Shown here: one piece after another, positions 39,980-49,556 of the stretch
Layout: each line of letters starts with the position of its first letter
Numbering within the stretch: position 1 is the first letter of the stretch
IMG/VR virus record: IMGVR_UViG_3300025141_016305
Location: 111,012 to 175,011 of that record
Length of the DNA stretch: 64,000 nucleotides
Reading direction: 5' to 3' (one strand)
DNA from: a virus
Translations under genes and position numbers: made by a program
The notes under the pieces: model-generated
The model's database searches: none
What the model saw: only the letters and a program-made list of their open reading frames with translations
What the model was told of the DNA's origin: nothing

Positions 39980-40336
39980 CTATTTGCTCACTAAGCGTTT
40001 ATTATAATTAATTGTTATGATGCATTGCTGCAGCGGGTCGTCGTAATCTAAAATCGACGCATTTATATTTTTGTCATCAATAAATATATCATACTCAGGT
40101 TTGCCAACCATAAATTTATGATATTTTACTCCCCATTTTTTTAATTGATTTTTAGTAAATTCGTACCAATCTTTTTTGGTAATCGTACCCCTAGCGGTCC
40201 AATACACGATTTCATGGCCGTTTTCATACAGTTTGTTTATCTTTTCTATTCTATCTTTTAGCGGTCTAGAATTTTCATAATTTAAATCTAATTGGCGCGT
40301 ACATATAGTACCATCAATATCAACAAAAATTTTCAT
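39980..40336 (-). CDS. Small HAD phosphatase, paralog of 8484..8789
   Basis: FVDIDGTIC, YWTARG, KPEYDIFIDDK. Confidence 0.82.
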   Translation of the reverse strand: MKIFVDIDGTICTRQLDLNYENSRPLKDRIEKINKLYENGHEIVYWTARGTITKKDWYEFTKNQLKKWGVKYHKFMVGKPEYDIFIDDKNINASILDYDDPLQQCIITINYNKRLVSK

Positions 40337-40339
40337 TTT

Positions 40340-41284
40340 TCAACTTTCAACTTCACAATATGGATCTTTATTATCCAATATATTTACTGCTGTGGTACAT
40401 GCTTTTCTTCTCATTTCTTCAAAAGACTGCTCAGAATAAAACGATGTATGAGGATTAATGATTACGCGGTTACTATAATAACCGCTAAGCCACTTATCTA
40501 AAAAAGAACACCTAAGTGGGGGTTCCGTTTTTAAAACATCCAAATAAACATTTGAAATTTCTTTAGAATCTAGTGCCTTTTCTAAAGATTTATAATCTTC
40601 AATTAAATTACCTCTTGCAGTATTCACTATTGTAGACCCTTTTTTCATATTTTTTAAAAATTCTTTATTTATCATACCAACTGTTTCATTGTTACATGGT
40701 ACGTGAATTGAAATAAAGTCTGAAGTTTTTAACAAATCATTTAAAATGTTAACTCTTTTGCATTCCAAGACCTTTTCGTATCCTTGGGAAACATATGGAT
40801 CGTAAAATAAAACATCAAAACCGAAAGACTTACATAAACGGATTAACACACTACCGATTCGGCCAGCGCCTATAACTCCTACTTTTATTAAGTTGGCTCT
40901 TTGTATGTTCTTGTTTGGCAATTGCCATTTTTCAGATAAATAGTTTTGTTTAGATAAACAATTATATTCATATATATTTCTATATTTTGCAAAAATAAAA
41001 GCGGCGGCTGATTGTGCGACCTCATGAACTCCATAATCTGGTATTATACAGACTTTTATTCCTCTTTTTTGAGCTTCTTTTACATCTACATTATCATATC
41101 CCACACCATATCTAACCACAGCTCTTAACGACTTGAATTTATCAAAAAAAACATTATTTATTTTTTCATTCCAAGCTAGATAAACAGTTGCATCATAGTT
41201 TTCCCTACTAATCTCGTTACCTAAAATCTCTTTTTCTATATCAGTGATTTCAATATCATTGGATATACACACTCTACGCATCAA
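40340..41284 (-). CDS. D-isomer-specific 2-hydroxyacid dehydrogenase
   Basis: RYGVGYDNVD, GVIGAGRIG, SIHVP, VNTARG, LDV..EP, NPH.SFYS. Confidence 0.9.
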   Translation of the reverse strand: MMRRVCISNDIEITDIEKEILGNEISRENYDATVYLAWNEKINNVFFDKFKSLRAVVRYGVGYDNVDVKEAQKRGIKVCIIPDYGVHEVAQSAAAFIFAKYRNIYEYNCLSKQNYLSEKWQLPNKNIQRANLIKVGVIGAGRIGSVLIRLCKSFGFDVLFYDPYVSQGYEKVLECKRVNILNDLLKTSDFISIHVPCNNETVGMINKEFLKNMKKGSTIVNTARGNLIEDYKSLEKALDSKEISNVYLDVLKTEPPLRCSFLDKWLSGYYSNRVIINPHTSFYSEQSFEEMRRKACTTAVNILDNKDPYCEVES

Positions 41285-41976
41285 ATGCCTCTGTTGTTTA
41301 AAATCAGTTTATAGGAATCCATTAATACAGTTGTATCCATCCCCAAAGCAAAAAAAGAAAAATCATCTTCGTATTTCTCTACATCCAAAGAATTTCTAAC
41401 CAGATGAATCGCTGCCTTGTTTTTCGGAATAAGTAATTTATATTTTTTTATTGCATTCAAAAAATTTTCATTTTCAAAATCCCCAACGCAACCATAACTG
41501 GCAGATAGATCATACATCCCTATAAGAAAATGATCAATATCAAAATTGATCATTTCATCCAGAATGTCAATCCCCTCTTTTGATTCAATCATAGCAATTA
41601 TTTTTGGGTTTGCTTTATCTAAATCCCTAGTTCCCCACATGTTTTCGCGAACTAATCCCTGGCCGCGTTGGCCGCCATGGCGAGGATATTTACACATTTT
41701 AATAATTTTTTGACAATATTGAATACTATCTACAGTAGAAAAAATAGCATAATCTATACCACTATCTAAACAGGTTCGAACCAAATGATCATCAGCATAT
41801 GTAAATCTTACACCACATTTTTTACCACACAATTTTACAGTCTGTATACATGAAAACAAACTTTCATTAGAAAAATTTGAATGTTCTGCATCCAGGATTA
41901 CTCCTTCACAATCTGCATTACAAAGAATCTCACTAATAATGGTACTGGGTATCTGTTGCCAGGAAAACTTTCTCAC
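41281..41976 (-). CDS. HpcH/HpaI class II pyruvate aldolase; likely GTG start at 41976 (GTGA overlap)
   Basis: ILDAEHS, LDSG, YP..GQRG, MIESKEG, IGMYDLSASYG. Confidence 0.85.
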   Translation of the reverse strand: MRKFSWQQIPSTIISEILCNADCEGVILDAEHSNFSNESLFSCIQTVKLCGKKCGVRFTYADDHLVRTCLDSGIDYAIFSTVDSIQYCQKIIKMCKYPRHGGQRGQGLVRENMWGTRDLDKANPKIIAMIESKEGIDILDEMINFDIDHFLIGMYDLSASYGCVGDFENENFLNAIKKYKLLIPKNKAAIHLVRNSLDVEKYEDDFSFFALGMDTTVLMDSYKLILNNRGI

Positions 41977-42641
41977 CCCAGCACTCCGGGGGCCATCAAA
42001 CATGCCATTTCAAAATCATCCCAATAATCTATTTCCACTGCTTCTTTTTTCGAAACTCTAAATTTAAATGGATTAGTTCCCATCCAGTATTTAACTTCTC
42101 TTTGTTTTTTTACACTAGCTGTATATGCTGCTCCGGTTATTTGATCCCAAGATGGTAATTCCTGTGTAAAATTATGCCAGGGCCCTGGATTAAAATTGAT
42201 GCATCTTCCCTTTTCGTCCAATAAAAAATCGTTATAAGGTACAGTTGTTACAACACTATCTTTCGTATTTTTATCAATCACTTCCTTTTCATAAGCTTCT
42301 ATAATTTGGTCATATCTAGTAAAAAACGGATTTGTTACCATCGCCCATGTAATAATATCCTCTTCAGAAAAATGTGATATAATATCTAAAATATATTCAT
42401 GAAGGCGTGCGTCATTACACATGTAGTCGCTTCTCGAAATAAAACTTATGTTATTCTGCTCAGCTATAAGCCTTGCTTTAGAACTGTTACTTGCCACTAC
42501 GATATCGTCGACTTTGGTGCATGATTTAAGTTGTTCTATTTTAAGATTAAGTAAAGACTTGTCCTTATGAAAGTTTCTAAAATTCTTATTTTTAACCCTT
42601 GTTGAACCCTCTCTTACAGGAATTACTGCAATGTGTTTCAT
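41973..42641 (-). CDS. Cytidylyltransferase (CMP-ulosonate synthetase-like)
   Basis: AVIPVREGSTRVKNKN, VTNPF, TQELP, VEID...DF. Confidence 0.85.
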   Translation of the reverse strand: MKHIAVIPVREGSTRVKNKNFRNFHKDKSLLNLKIEQLKSCTKVDDIVVASNSSKARLIAEQNNISFISRSDYMCNDARLHEYILDIISHFSEEDIITWAMVTNPFFTRYDQIIEAYEKEVIDKNTKDSVVTTVPYNDFLLDEKGRCINFNPGPWHNFTQELPSWDQITGAAYTASVKKQREVKYWMGTNPFKFRVSKKEAVEIDYWDDFEMACLMAPGVLG

Positions 42642-43669
42642 GTTATATCCAACTTTTGGTAGAGAGATATTTGATCCACAACTCTACTAGCATACCCGAA
42701 TTCATTGTCATACCACAAAACCAATTTTAAAACATTTCCCTTAGTTTCTGTCCAGCGATGATCAATATGGCAAGAATAAGGAGACTTAATAAAATCTGTT
42801 GAAACCAGAGGTTCAATATCGTTTTTAAAAATTTTACAAGTTTGTTCACTCTCCGCATCTAAAAAGATTTCTTTAATTTCTTTCTTATCAACGGTTTTCT
42901 CTAAAATAATTGTAAGGTCCGCTGATCCAACAATGGCATGGGGTGTTCTATAGGAAAAAACCAACAACTTATCCTCAATACCTGTTAAAACTCGGTTTGT
43001 TGCAACTAAAGCTGTCGTCCATTTGGGAATAATATTATTAGAACTGGAGCGGCCTAGGGCATAGTTATGATAAGTTTGTTTCGGATTAGATTGATATTTT
43101 GATTGTCCATCTAAAACGTTCTGATAATTTAGCCATGGATGAACAGTAGTGATGCTGCCACCAGAGATACCAAAAGAATTATCTAATCTCTTTAGTACCG
43201 GGGCGAGAGCCGTAGTATCGCAAATACTACATGAAACCACCTTATGACATTTATCTGCAAACTTTTCGTTAACACCCAAAACTAATTCAAAATCAGAAAT
43301 TGAACTTGAGTTAGTTATATAAACCCTTTTTACTCCCCACTTTTGTATAACCTGAGGTGCTGAACTTATATTTCTTCCTATTCCAGATGCATCAATAACA
43401 TAATCTGTGTTGCTCCAATCTACGTTTTCTATTTTCGATTCACAAAAAACTTTAATCTCATGACCATTTAAAACTAGTTTATCGTTGGCGGTGCATTCGA
43501 CATGGCCCTGAAAGCGACCATATAAAGAATCATACTTTATTGTATATTCAATATTCCTAACATCAAAATTTATATCATTGATAGTGGTAATTTGAAAGTT
43601 ATTATTATTGGCCAAGATTCTTAATATTTGGCGGCCGATGCGGCCAACGCCGTTGATACCAATTTTCAT
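42638..43669 (-). CDS. Divergent GAPDH/E4PDH-family dehydrogenase
   Basis: KIGINGVGRIGR, YDSLYG, active site 'SCSICDTTALAP' (canonical SNASCTTNCLAP), WYDNEFGYASRV. Confidence 0.85.
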   Translation of the reverse strand: MKIGINGVGRIGRQILRILANNNNFQITTINDINFDVRNIEYTIKYDSLYGRFQGHVECTANDKLVLNGHEIKVFCESKIENVDWSNTDYVIDASGIGRNISSAPQVIQKWGVKRVYITNSSSISDFELVLGVNEKFADKCHKVVSCSICDTTALAPVLKRLDNSFGISGGSITTVHPWLNYQNVLDGQSKYQSNPKQTYHNYALGRSSSNNIIPKWTTALVATNRVLTGIEDKLLVFSYRTPHAIVGSADLTIILEKTVDKKEIKEIFLDAESEQTCKIFKNDIEPLVSTDFIKSPYSCHIDHRWTETKGNVLKLVLWYDNEFGYASRVVDQISLYQKLDIT

Positions 43670-43784
43670 TTTTCTTAAAAAACCTTACTAGCTATGGATG
43701 TAGATCTCTATACCTTTATAGCATAAAACACTTTTTTTTTTAAGAATATAGATTTTTGTATATTTATTTATTTTTATTGCTTCT

Positions 43785-44978
43785 CTAGCGTGATTTAAGT
43801 GTTTTGATGTGTTCTAGGGCAGTTTGTAGCAGGTCTTTATTTAATTGAAAAATTTGTCTCTCCCGGTTAGGGCCGCCTATTTTAGTTTTGACAAGGCCTA
43901 ATTCTTTCAATACATCCACCATTCGGGCAGCCCGATTATAACCTATACTTAATTTTTTTTGCAAGAACCCATGGATTCCTCCAAGGGTGGGTGGAGATTG
44001 TTTTTTAGGATACTTAATAAGAACATGTAATGCATCAAGAAATCGAGGGTCTTGTATAGCTACTCGAATCAAATCATCGCTAAGTAAAGTGTCTCTGGCT
44101 TTTGGGCTTCTTCTAGGAGGGTTTTCATATGCTCTAGGAATCTCATCTGGAATGAAATCCAAAGTGTCGTCTTTTCCAATATTTGCATCTCTTTCTTTTA
44201 CTTTCTGTCTGACAAAATTTTGTGCATCCAAAAATCTTTCATGAACTGTTTTTGGCAATTCTTTCGCTACACTGTCAGTCATCCACTCGCTAGGTTTTCC
44301 TGCTTGGTCTAATAGACCCATTTGAGGTGTTGCAACTCGCTTGATCGGAGCTGATGGGAGAGGATCACTCATGCTACTTGGCAAAGGTGGAAAATCTACT
44401 TGTGTTTTCTTTTTTCCTAAACTAGATAATTTATCCAAAGACGTTGGTTCGTCTCCAATAGGAGGCCTCTGGTAAATCTGCCTATCTTTAACTTTTGATC
44501 CGGATTTTCTGATTGCTTCTCTGGTTTGTTTTTCGACAACATCTGTAACCTTATCTACCTGGTCGACATAATAAAATATTTTTTCGGCTACTTCGTTTTG
44601 TGGTGCTCTCACTAAAGCATCGGATGATTTTAAAGATTTGCTAGCTTTTTTTAATTTTAGGGCACCTTTTAGCGCTCGACCTGCTTGGCCAAGCAAAGGA
44701 AGGGCCGCGGCCAGTGATATAGCTAGATTGGCAGCTGCAAAAATGTTGCGATACTTCTCAAATGCTTCGATGGCAGGAGGGATGTCCGGATAAGCTGATA
44801 TCCCTGTTGGATCGAAAAGTCCTATAACCGTGCGTAAGTTTTCAAAATCTTCTTCTGATACTTTAACGTTTCCGAGATCTGGATCTGGGGAAGTGATCAC
44901 CCGGGCGGTGTCTGGATCTGTTATATCTATTTCTCTTAGATACTTTCTCCAGCTTTCCATTATGAGTTGATGTTTCAT
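43785..44978 (-). CDS. Protein with phage-type leader, hydrophobic segment and C-terminal FtsK-gamma winged helix
   Basis: MKHQLIMESWRKYLRE; DPRFLDAL...LQKKLSIGYNRAARMVDVLKELGLV. Confidence 0.75.
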   Translation of the reverse strand: MKHQLIMESWRKYLREIDITDPDTARVITSPDPDLGNVKVSEEDFENLRTVIGLFDPTGISAYPDIPPAIEAFEKYRNIFAAANLAISLAAALPLLGQAGRALKGALKLKKASKSLKSSDALVRAPQNEVAEKIFYYVDQVDKVTDVVEKQTREAIRKSGSKVKDRQIYQRPPIGDEPTSLDKLSSLGKKKTQVDFPPLPSSMSDPLPSAPIKRVATPQMGLLDQAGKPSEWMTDSVAKELPKTVHERFLDAQNFVRQKVKERDANIGKDDTLDFIPDEIPRAYENPPRRSPKARDTLLSDDLIRVAIQDPRFLDALHVLIKYPKKQSPPTLGGIHGFLQKKLSIGYNRAARMVDVLKELGLVKTKIGGPNRERQIFQLNKDLLQTALEHIKTLKSR

Positions 44979-44989
44979 GATATATTCTC

Positions 44990-45265
44990 TTATTCAAGCT
45001 GGCCTAAATCTCTGGCAGCATTTCCAGATATATATTTTACAGCTGAATTCATGTAATCTCCTGCTTTTGTTATTTTTGTTTCAAGCCATTCTGGTAAATC
45101 ATCTTTATCTTCTATGAGGCTTAAAAGAATTTTTGTATCTGCCAATAGATGAGCTAAAGTTGTACGATGCATTCTAGCTTCTTCTTGATTCTGCGCATTT
45201 GGCATCGATGATACCTTGGCATCCGTACAGCCACAACTTTCTTGTATACTAATTTTAATTTTCAT
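44990..45265 (-). CDS. Hypothetical phage protein
   Basis: 91 aa, DDLPEWLETKITKAGDYM; ACTATTTA 4 nt before the ATG. Confidence 0.65.
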   Translation of the reverse strand: MKIKISIQESCGCTDAKVSSMPNAQNQEEARMHRTTLAHLLADTKILLSLIEDKDDLPEWLETKITKAGDYMNSAVKYISGNAARDLGQLE

Positions 45266-45309
45266 ATATTAAATAGTCCCCGATAAGAGAAAAGCTTGGT
45301 GGAGGTGGC
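45263..45309 (-). repeat. Copy of the tmRNA 3' end + trailer + promoter motif + ATG
   Basis: GCCACCTCCACCAAGCTTTTCTCTTATCGGGGACTATTTAATATATG vs tmRNA-side GCCACCTCCACCAA-CTTTTCTAATATTGGAGACTAATTAAAATATG (ending 38636). Confidence 0.85.
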
Positions 45310-45326
45310 AGTTCGAGTTCAAATGC

Positions 45327-45908
45327 TTATTGTTTTCGAAAAACATATATACTATCAGGCTCGCCGGGTACCTTCTCTCTGATTATTAGCTCTTTATTGT
45401 TATATGATATTGCCCAGTTCTCTACTCTTTGGCCGCTGTTCGGGTCGAAGAAGTGTAGTTTTCCTTTCTCATCAGCATCAGCTTTAAAAATCAATTCGCG
45501 GTTACGGCGCTGGCGGTTGATTCTTTTTCGCTGTGAGACTCTGCTGCCGGAAAAAAAACGCAAGTTCCAACGTAGATCTACGCTTGGGGGCGTAGCTCGT
45601 ATTGGCTGGCCAGGGTATGGCTTCAAGGGGTTGGTATATGTATGCACCTTGGATCTTTCGTGATCAAGATCCCAGGCCGTGTCTTCGAGATCTTTTGCAG
45701 CTTGGAGCTGTTCTGCTTGTTGTTTTGCTTCTTTCGCGGAGGCCTCTTTTTTAGCTTTCATTTGATTATGCTTCACCAGCGCCTTCATGCGGGCCTTATG
45801 GATTTTGGATATAGGACGAGGTTCTGGTTCGTCCTCGATATCGGTAGCCAGTGTCGTCTCTATTTCTTCTTCGATTATTCTTAGCAAATATTGTTTTGTG
45901 ATCTTCAT
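45327..45908 (-). CDS. Hypothetical protein with shared leader
   Basis: MKITKQYLLRIIEEEIE; ACTATTTA 4 nt before the ATG. Confidence 0.7.
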   Translation of the reverse strand: MKITKQYLLRIIEEEIETTLATDIEDEPEPRPISKIHKARMKALVKHNQMKAKKEASAKEAKQQAEQLQAAKDLEDTAWDLDHERSKVHTYTNPLKPYPGQPIRATPPSVDLRWNLRFFSGSRVSQRKRINRQRRNRELIFKADADEKGKLHFFDPNSGQRVENWAISYNNKELIIREKVPGEPDSIYVFRKQ

Positions 45909-45912
45909 ACAT

Positions 45913-45920
45913 TAAATAGT
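45913..45920 (-). promoter_or_regulatory. Putative late promoter motif ACTATTTA (representative of ~9 sites)
   Basis: [AC]CTA[ATG]TTA also at 5020, 34415, 38643, 45270, 50575, 53370, 61634 and 63739, each upstream of a minus-strand start. Confidence 0.6.
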
Positions 45921-45929
45921 ATAAATTAT

Positions 45930-46277
45930 TTAAAAATCAATATTATAGCTTTTGATATATCGTTGGAGGTCTATTTTTTTTATTCCCAAAATTAGGCTAG
46001 CCTCTCTTATGTTTTTCGATTCAGATAAAGCATACCTAACTACTGCTTCTTTACAAATATCAGAAGAATATTTAAGAAGAGGAAAATTAAATAACTTACC
46101 CCTTAATGATTTACTAGCAACTAGTAACTTTAAAGTAATAAGCTCTTCTAAAGTGAGAAAATTTAATTTTTCTAAGAAATCTTTATTTATTTTATTATTT
46201 GAAAGAAGTTCTTTTCTAAGATCATAATTTTCATTATTTGATTTAAACTTGGCTTCTTTTAATGTGTTGTCTTTCAT
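45930..46277 (-). CDS. Protein with C-terminal Fis-type HTH
   Basis: YALSESKNIREASLILGIKKIDLQRYIK. Confidence 0.6.
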   Translation of the reverse strand: MKDNTLKEAKFKSNNENYDLRKELLSNNKINKDFLEKLNFLTLEELITLKLLVASKSLRGKLFNFPLLKYSSDICKEAVVRYALSESKNIREASLILGIKKIDLQRYIKSYNIDF

Positions 46278-46352
46278 AACCCCTGTGCTGTTTTGCCAAC
46301 CTTCCTACCAAGGGTATCATATGAAGCTTAAAAATTCAAGGGTAATGAGCAA

Positions 46353-49300
46353 CTATTCTGCTGCCTGAGTAAATTCACCCATTCCCGGGGCTGATGAAGC
46401 TTGAGTCGAGGCTTGATCATAAGCTGTATTTGTTGGCTCTTCCACATTAATGGCTGTTTCATTATCCCATTTATCAAAATAAAGTTTAACATTTGCAATG
46501 AGATAATCGTGATACATTTCCTGATCTTCAGGATTGTCTAGTTCTCCATAGTAATTAACAATAGACTTTTCAATTGCTGGGTAGATTCTTTCTGCTTTAT
46601 TTCTACCAGTAGTATCTTCCCCTTCTATGGAAGCCATAGTTTCTTCTTCAGGCTCATCTGGTAGTTCCTTTTCTGATCCGTCGTCAGCATCGATAAACAT
46701 TTCAGCATCGACACCTTGAACATCTACTCCAACCTCTTCACTTATAGTTACTTCTGCAAGTTGGTCTGCTCCAACGTCATTTAAGCGAACCGGCGTTAAA
46801 GTATCTTGAATCCATTTTACAATATGAGCCCTAAAGGAACTCTTCTGATCCTCATCAGTAGTTAAGGTTTTGTAGGCTTCTCTCATAGTTGCTAAAATAT
46901 TAGTATTTTTTAAGAGGTCTTTAAGAGTGTTAATTCCAGTATTATCATGCACATCAACAGTTGGATCTTCAACTTCGTTAAGGGAAGTTTCGAAAATAAT
47001 ATTTCTAAGTTGCATTCTTAATCTGTGTTCTTCTAACGCTCCAGCGATAACCTCTTCATGTTGAGAAGCCTTTTTATTAAAAAATTCCCTAAGCCCTATT
47101 CTTATCTTTTTTCGCAATCTTTTTTCTTCTTTGGTCATTTCATCATCCCTTTTGTTGTTTTTGATAGGTCCAGCATAACCAGCCACTGCGCCAGAAGACA
47201 TAGATGACATTTCTTCTATGTCTTCTTCTGCTAAAAATGCATTTGAAACGTTTTTCGTTCTATCTTTCCTGAACCCACCGCCATGTTTAGTTAAATCATG
47301 CCGGCCTTGATCTAAATAGTCCGAATGTGCTTTCGAAAGTCTTTTGCGCATATTCTTTTGAAATTTTCCACTGCCCGGGACGCCTTTTGGAGCAGTTTGC
47401 GCCCGGAACTCCTCAAATAGTTTTTCAGCTTCTTTTACGATAATTTCCTGTAGTGGGTCCAGTTCTGGCTCTTCGACTTGATCTTCAACAGATTGTGAAG
47501 AAACATCTGTATCTGCTGGGTTAAGGCCCATAATTCCCATAAATGCTAAAGCATCATCTCTGTTTGGTAAAAAGTGCTGCAGTAATTGTAGGCCGATGGG
47601 GTTTTCAGTTGCGAAATCCATTAGGGCTCGCATGTCACTTGCGTTAAATGCTGTATAATCTTTTTTCAGTTTAGATTTAATCTCTGGTAACTCTTCGATC
47701 ATTTTGATGTATTCAGAATCGTGAGTCACAAGTGGCACAAGACCAGATAAAAGCTCCAGATCTGGCCTAGACTTCTGAACCGAGGCTCTCAAGCCTTTAA
47801 ACCGTTTTGCATCATTTTCTTTGTCTCCAACCCCGACAATCACTTTTGCGTTAGGAGGTGCAATCAACAAATCTGTTGGATCCGCCGGCTTTGTTACATA
47901 ATCTATCGTTAAACTCACCGGTGTCACGCGGCCTTGGTCTGCCACTATTATTTGAGTCTTACTTCTTATAGGTGAATCCTCAAGCATGACAGTCCACATT
48001 TGTTTTGCCTGTTCTGCAGTAATAACTTTTCCAGATACAGGCAGAGGTCTAGAGTTCTTCATAGGGCTTGACACTATGATATATATTTTATCAGCCTCCG
48101 GTAAATCGCCCCGCGGGCCCCCCATCGCGATTATTTCAGCGGCCTGCCGATGGCCTTTGTGTGGTGGCTTAAAGGACCCGGGCAATATTGCAATCACTAG
48201 AGGCTCAGAACTGGCTTTTAAGACCTGTTCTCCTTCTCCGGCAGGCTCTATAGGGCCAAAGCGGTTAAATGGCCTCATACCGAGGATTTGATTGGCCGGA
48301 GCAAAGTTTCCAGTGAACTTGTAGGTAACACCATTCCACGCAAAGACGAACCCTTCAGATGGTGTATTTACACCGTCAATTGATTTAAGTTTAACCATCT
48401 GCTTTTCAAGCTCGGCTTTTGCTCTCTCGTTAGTAGATCCGCGAATGGCATCAATTTCCGTTTTAATTTTATCTTGTAAAAATTTTATTTGTTTTGGGTT
48501 ATCTCCAATAAATGCAGAATCAAAACCTTCCAGTGCCGCCGAAGAAAAGTCATGAAGAATACGTTGAAGATCTAAAGTGTAGTTAGCATAATTAAAAGTC
48601 TTTACAAATTGGCTAACTTCTCTCTTTAGTTCTATGGGCATTCCTTTTGTAATTTGGGGCAGCCCCGGATAATCTCCTATTTTCATAACTCTTTTTAAAA
48701 TCATGCGATTAACATCTTCTGTTAAGCCAAACTGTTCAATCTGGGGGGATACTTGTTCTGATACATAATGATTGATTGTATCAGAGTCATTAACTTGAAT
48801 ATCTTGCATAAGATTATTTATCGCGTCAATTGTTGGCTGTAAAGTATTGTTTATACTCTCTAAGCCTGCAGGGGCTAGTTTTCTTTGAGTGTGTGTCTCA
48901 ACAGAGAAAATCGTCGGATCATCCGTTGCTTTGCCTCTAACAACTCGCTCAAGTTTGTTGTAGTTTGGAGAAACATCTACTTTCTTGTTTTCTTCATCTG
49001 AAAGTTTTGGATCAAAATAAAAATGACCAAATTCATGAATAAGTAAAGTTTTCTTATCATATGGAATTACGTTGGTTGTTCCCGTTCTTCTAGGGTCATC
49101 CTCTTCAGCTTCAGGATTACCAGGATTCATCACTTCAACATTAAAATATATTTTGTGATCTTTGCCATTTCCAAAGATGTCCAGTAAAGTTTCCCTGTCT
49201 AGATCTTTAACTGCATTCTCAAAAGATAGCAAAGCTTCTACAAAACTGTATCTTAATGTTTGAGAAGGGTGCCCAGAAAAGAATTCGTCTAATTCTTCGG

Positions 49301-49535
49301 GGTCTAAGCCCCCAGCTTTTAATTGGCCTTTATTTCTAGCTGCAACTGCACGACCACTAGGTACGTTAAAGGAGATAGACAGATTCTGACCGTCTGTTTT
49401 TTCTGTGCCGCGCAGCTTGCCATCAGCCGCGGCCTGTAAAAGCTGCTTTAATTCACCAAAAGTCATTTCGCCATTATCATAGATATGGTTCATGTGCCCC
49501 GGTACGCCACCTTCTAAAAGAAGTTCTTTTTTCAT
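46353..49535 (-). CDS. Multidomain protein: ligase-like nucleotidyltransferase (DUF6267-like), HxGH cytidyltransferase-like domain and acidic C-terminal domain
   Basis: HMNHIYD, TEKTDGQN (KxDG), EGFVF..YKFTG; ILPGSFKPPHKGH. Confidence 0.7.
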   Translation of the reverse strand: MKKELLLEGGVPGHMNHIYDNGEMTFGELKQLLQAAADGKLRGTEKTDGQNLSISFNVPSGRAVAARNKGQLKAGGLDPEELDEFFSGHPSQTLRYSFVEALLSFENAVKDLDRETLLDIFGNGKDHKIYFNVEVMNPGNPEAEEDDPRRTGTTNVIPYDKKTLLIHEFGHFYFDPKLSDEENKKVDVSPNYNKLERVVRGKATDDPTIFSVETHTQRKLAPAGLESINNTLQPTIDAINNLMQDIQVNDSDTINHYVSEQVSPQIEQFGLTEDVNRMILKRVMKIGDYPGLPQITKGMPIELKREVSQFVKTFNYANYTLDLQRILHDFSSAALEGFDSAFIGDNPKQIKFLQDKIKTEIDAIRGSTNERAKAELEKQMVKLKSIDGVNTPSEGFVFAWNGVTYKFTGNFAPANQILGMRPFNRFGPIEPAGEGEQVLKASSEPLVIAILPGSFKPPHKGHRQAAEIIAMGGPRGDLPEADKIYIIVSSPMKNSRPLPVSGKVITAEQAKQMWTVMLEDSPIRSKTQIIVADQGRVTPVSLTIDYVTKPADPTDLLIAPPNAKVIVGVGDKENDAKRFKGLRASVQKSRPDLELLSGLVPLVTHDSEYIKMIEELPEIKSKLKKDYTAFNASDMRALMDFATENPIGLQLLQHFLPNRDDALAFMGIMGLNPADTDVSSQSVEDQVEEPELDPLQEIIVKEAEKLFEEFRAQTAPKGVPGSGKFQKNMRKRLSKAHSDYLDQGRHDLTKHGGGFRKDRTKNVSNAFLAEEDIEEMSSMSSGAVAGYAGPIKNNKRDDEMTKEEKRLRKKIRIGLREFFNKKASQHEEVIAGALEEHRLRMQLRNIIFETSLNEVEDPTVDVHDNTGINTLKDLLKNTNILATMREAYKTLTTDEDQKSSFRAHIVKWIQDTLTPVRLNDVGADQLAEVTISEEVGVDVQGVDAEMFIDADDGSEKELPDEPEEETMASIEGEDTTGRNKAERIYPAIEKSIVNYYGELDNPEDQEMYHDYLIANVKLYFDKWDNETAINVEEPTNTAYDQASTQASSAPGMGEFTQAAE

Positions 49536-49556
49536 GATATACCTCGAATTATAATA

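Noticed and set aside
42638-43669. Canonical glycolytic gapA
   Set aside because: The active-site motif is divergent and the context is a sugar-nucleotide operon, so no symbol was assigned
45301-45326. An intact tRNA gene at the CCACCA element
   Set aside because: Only an acceptor-end fragment and degenerate T-arm are present; upstream is coding sequence
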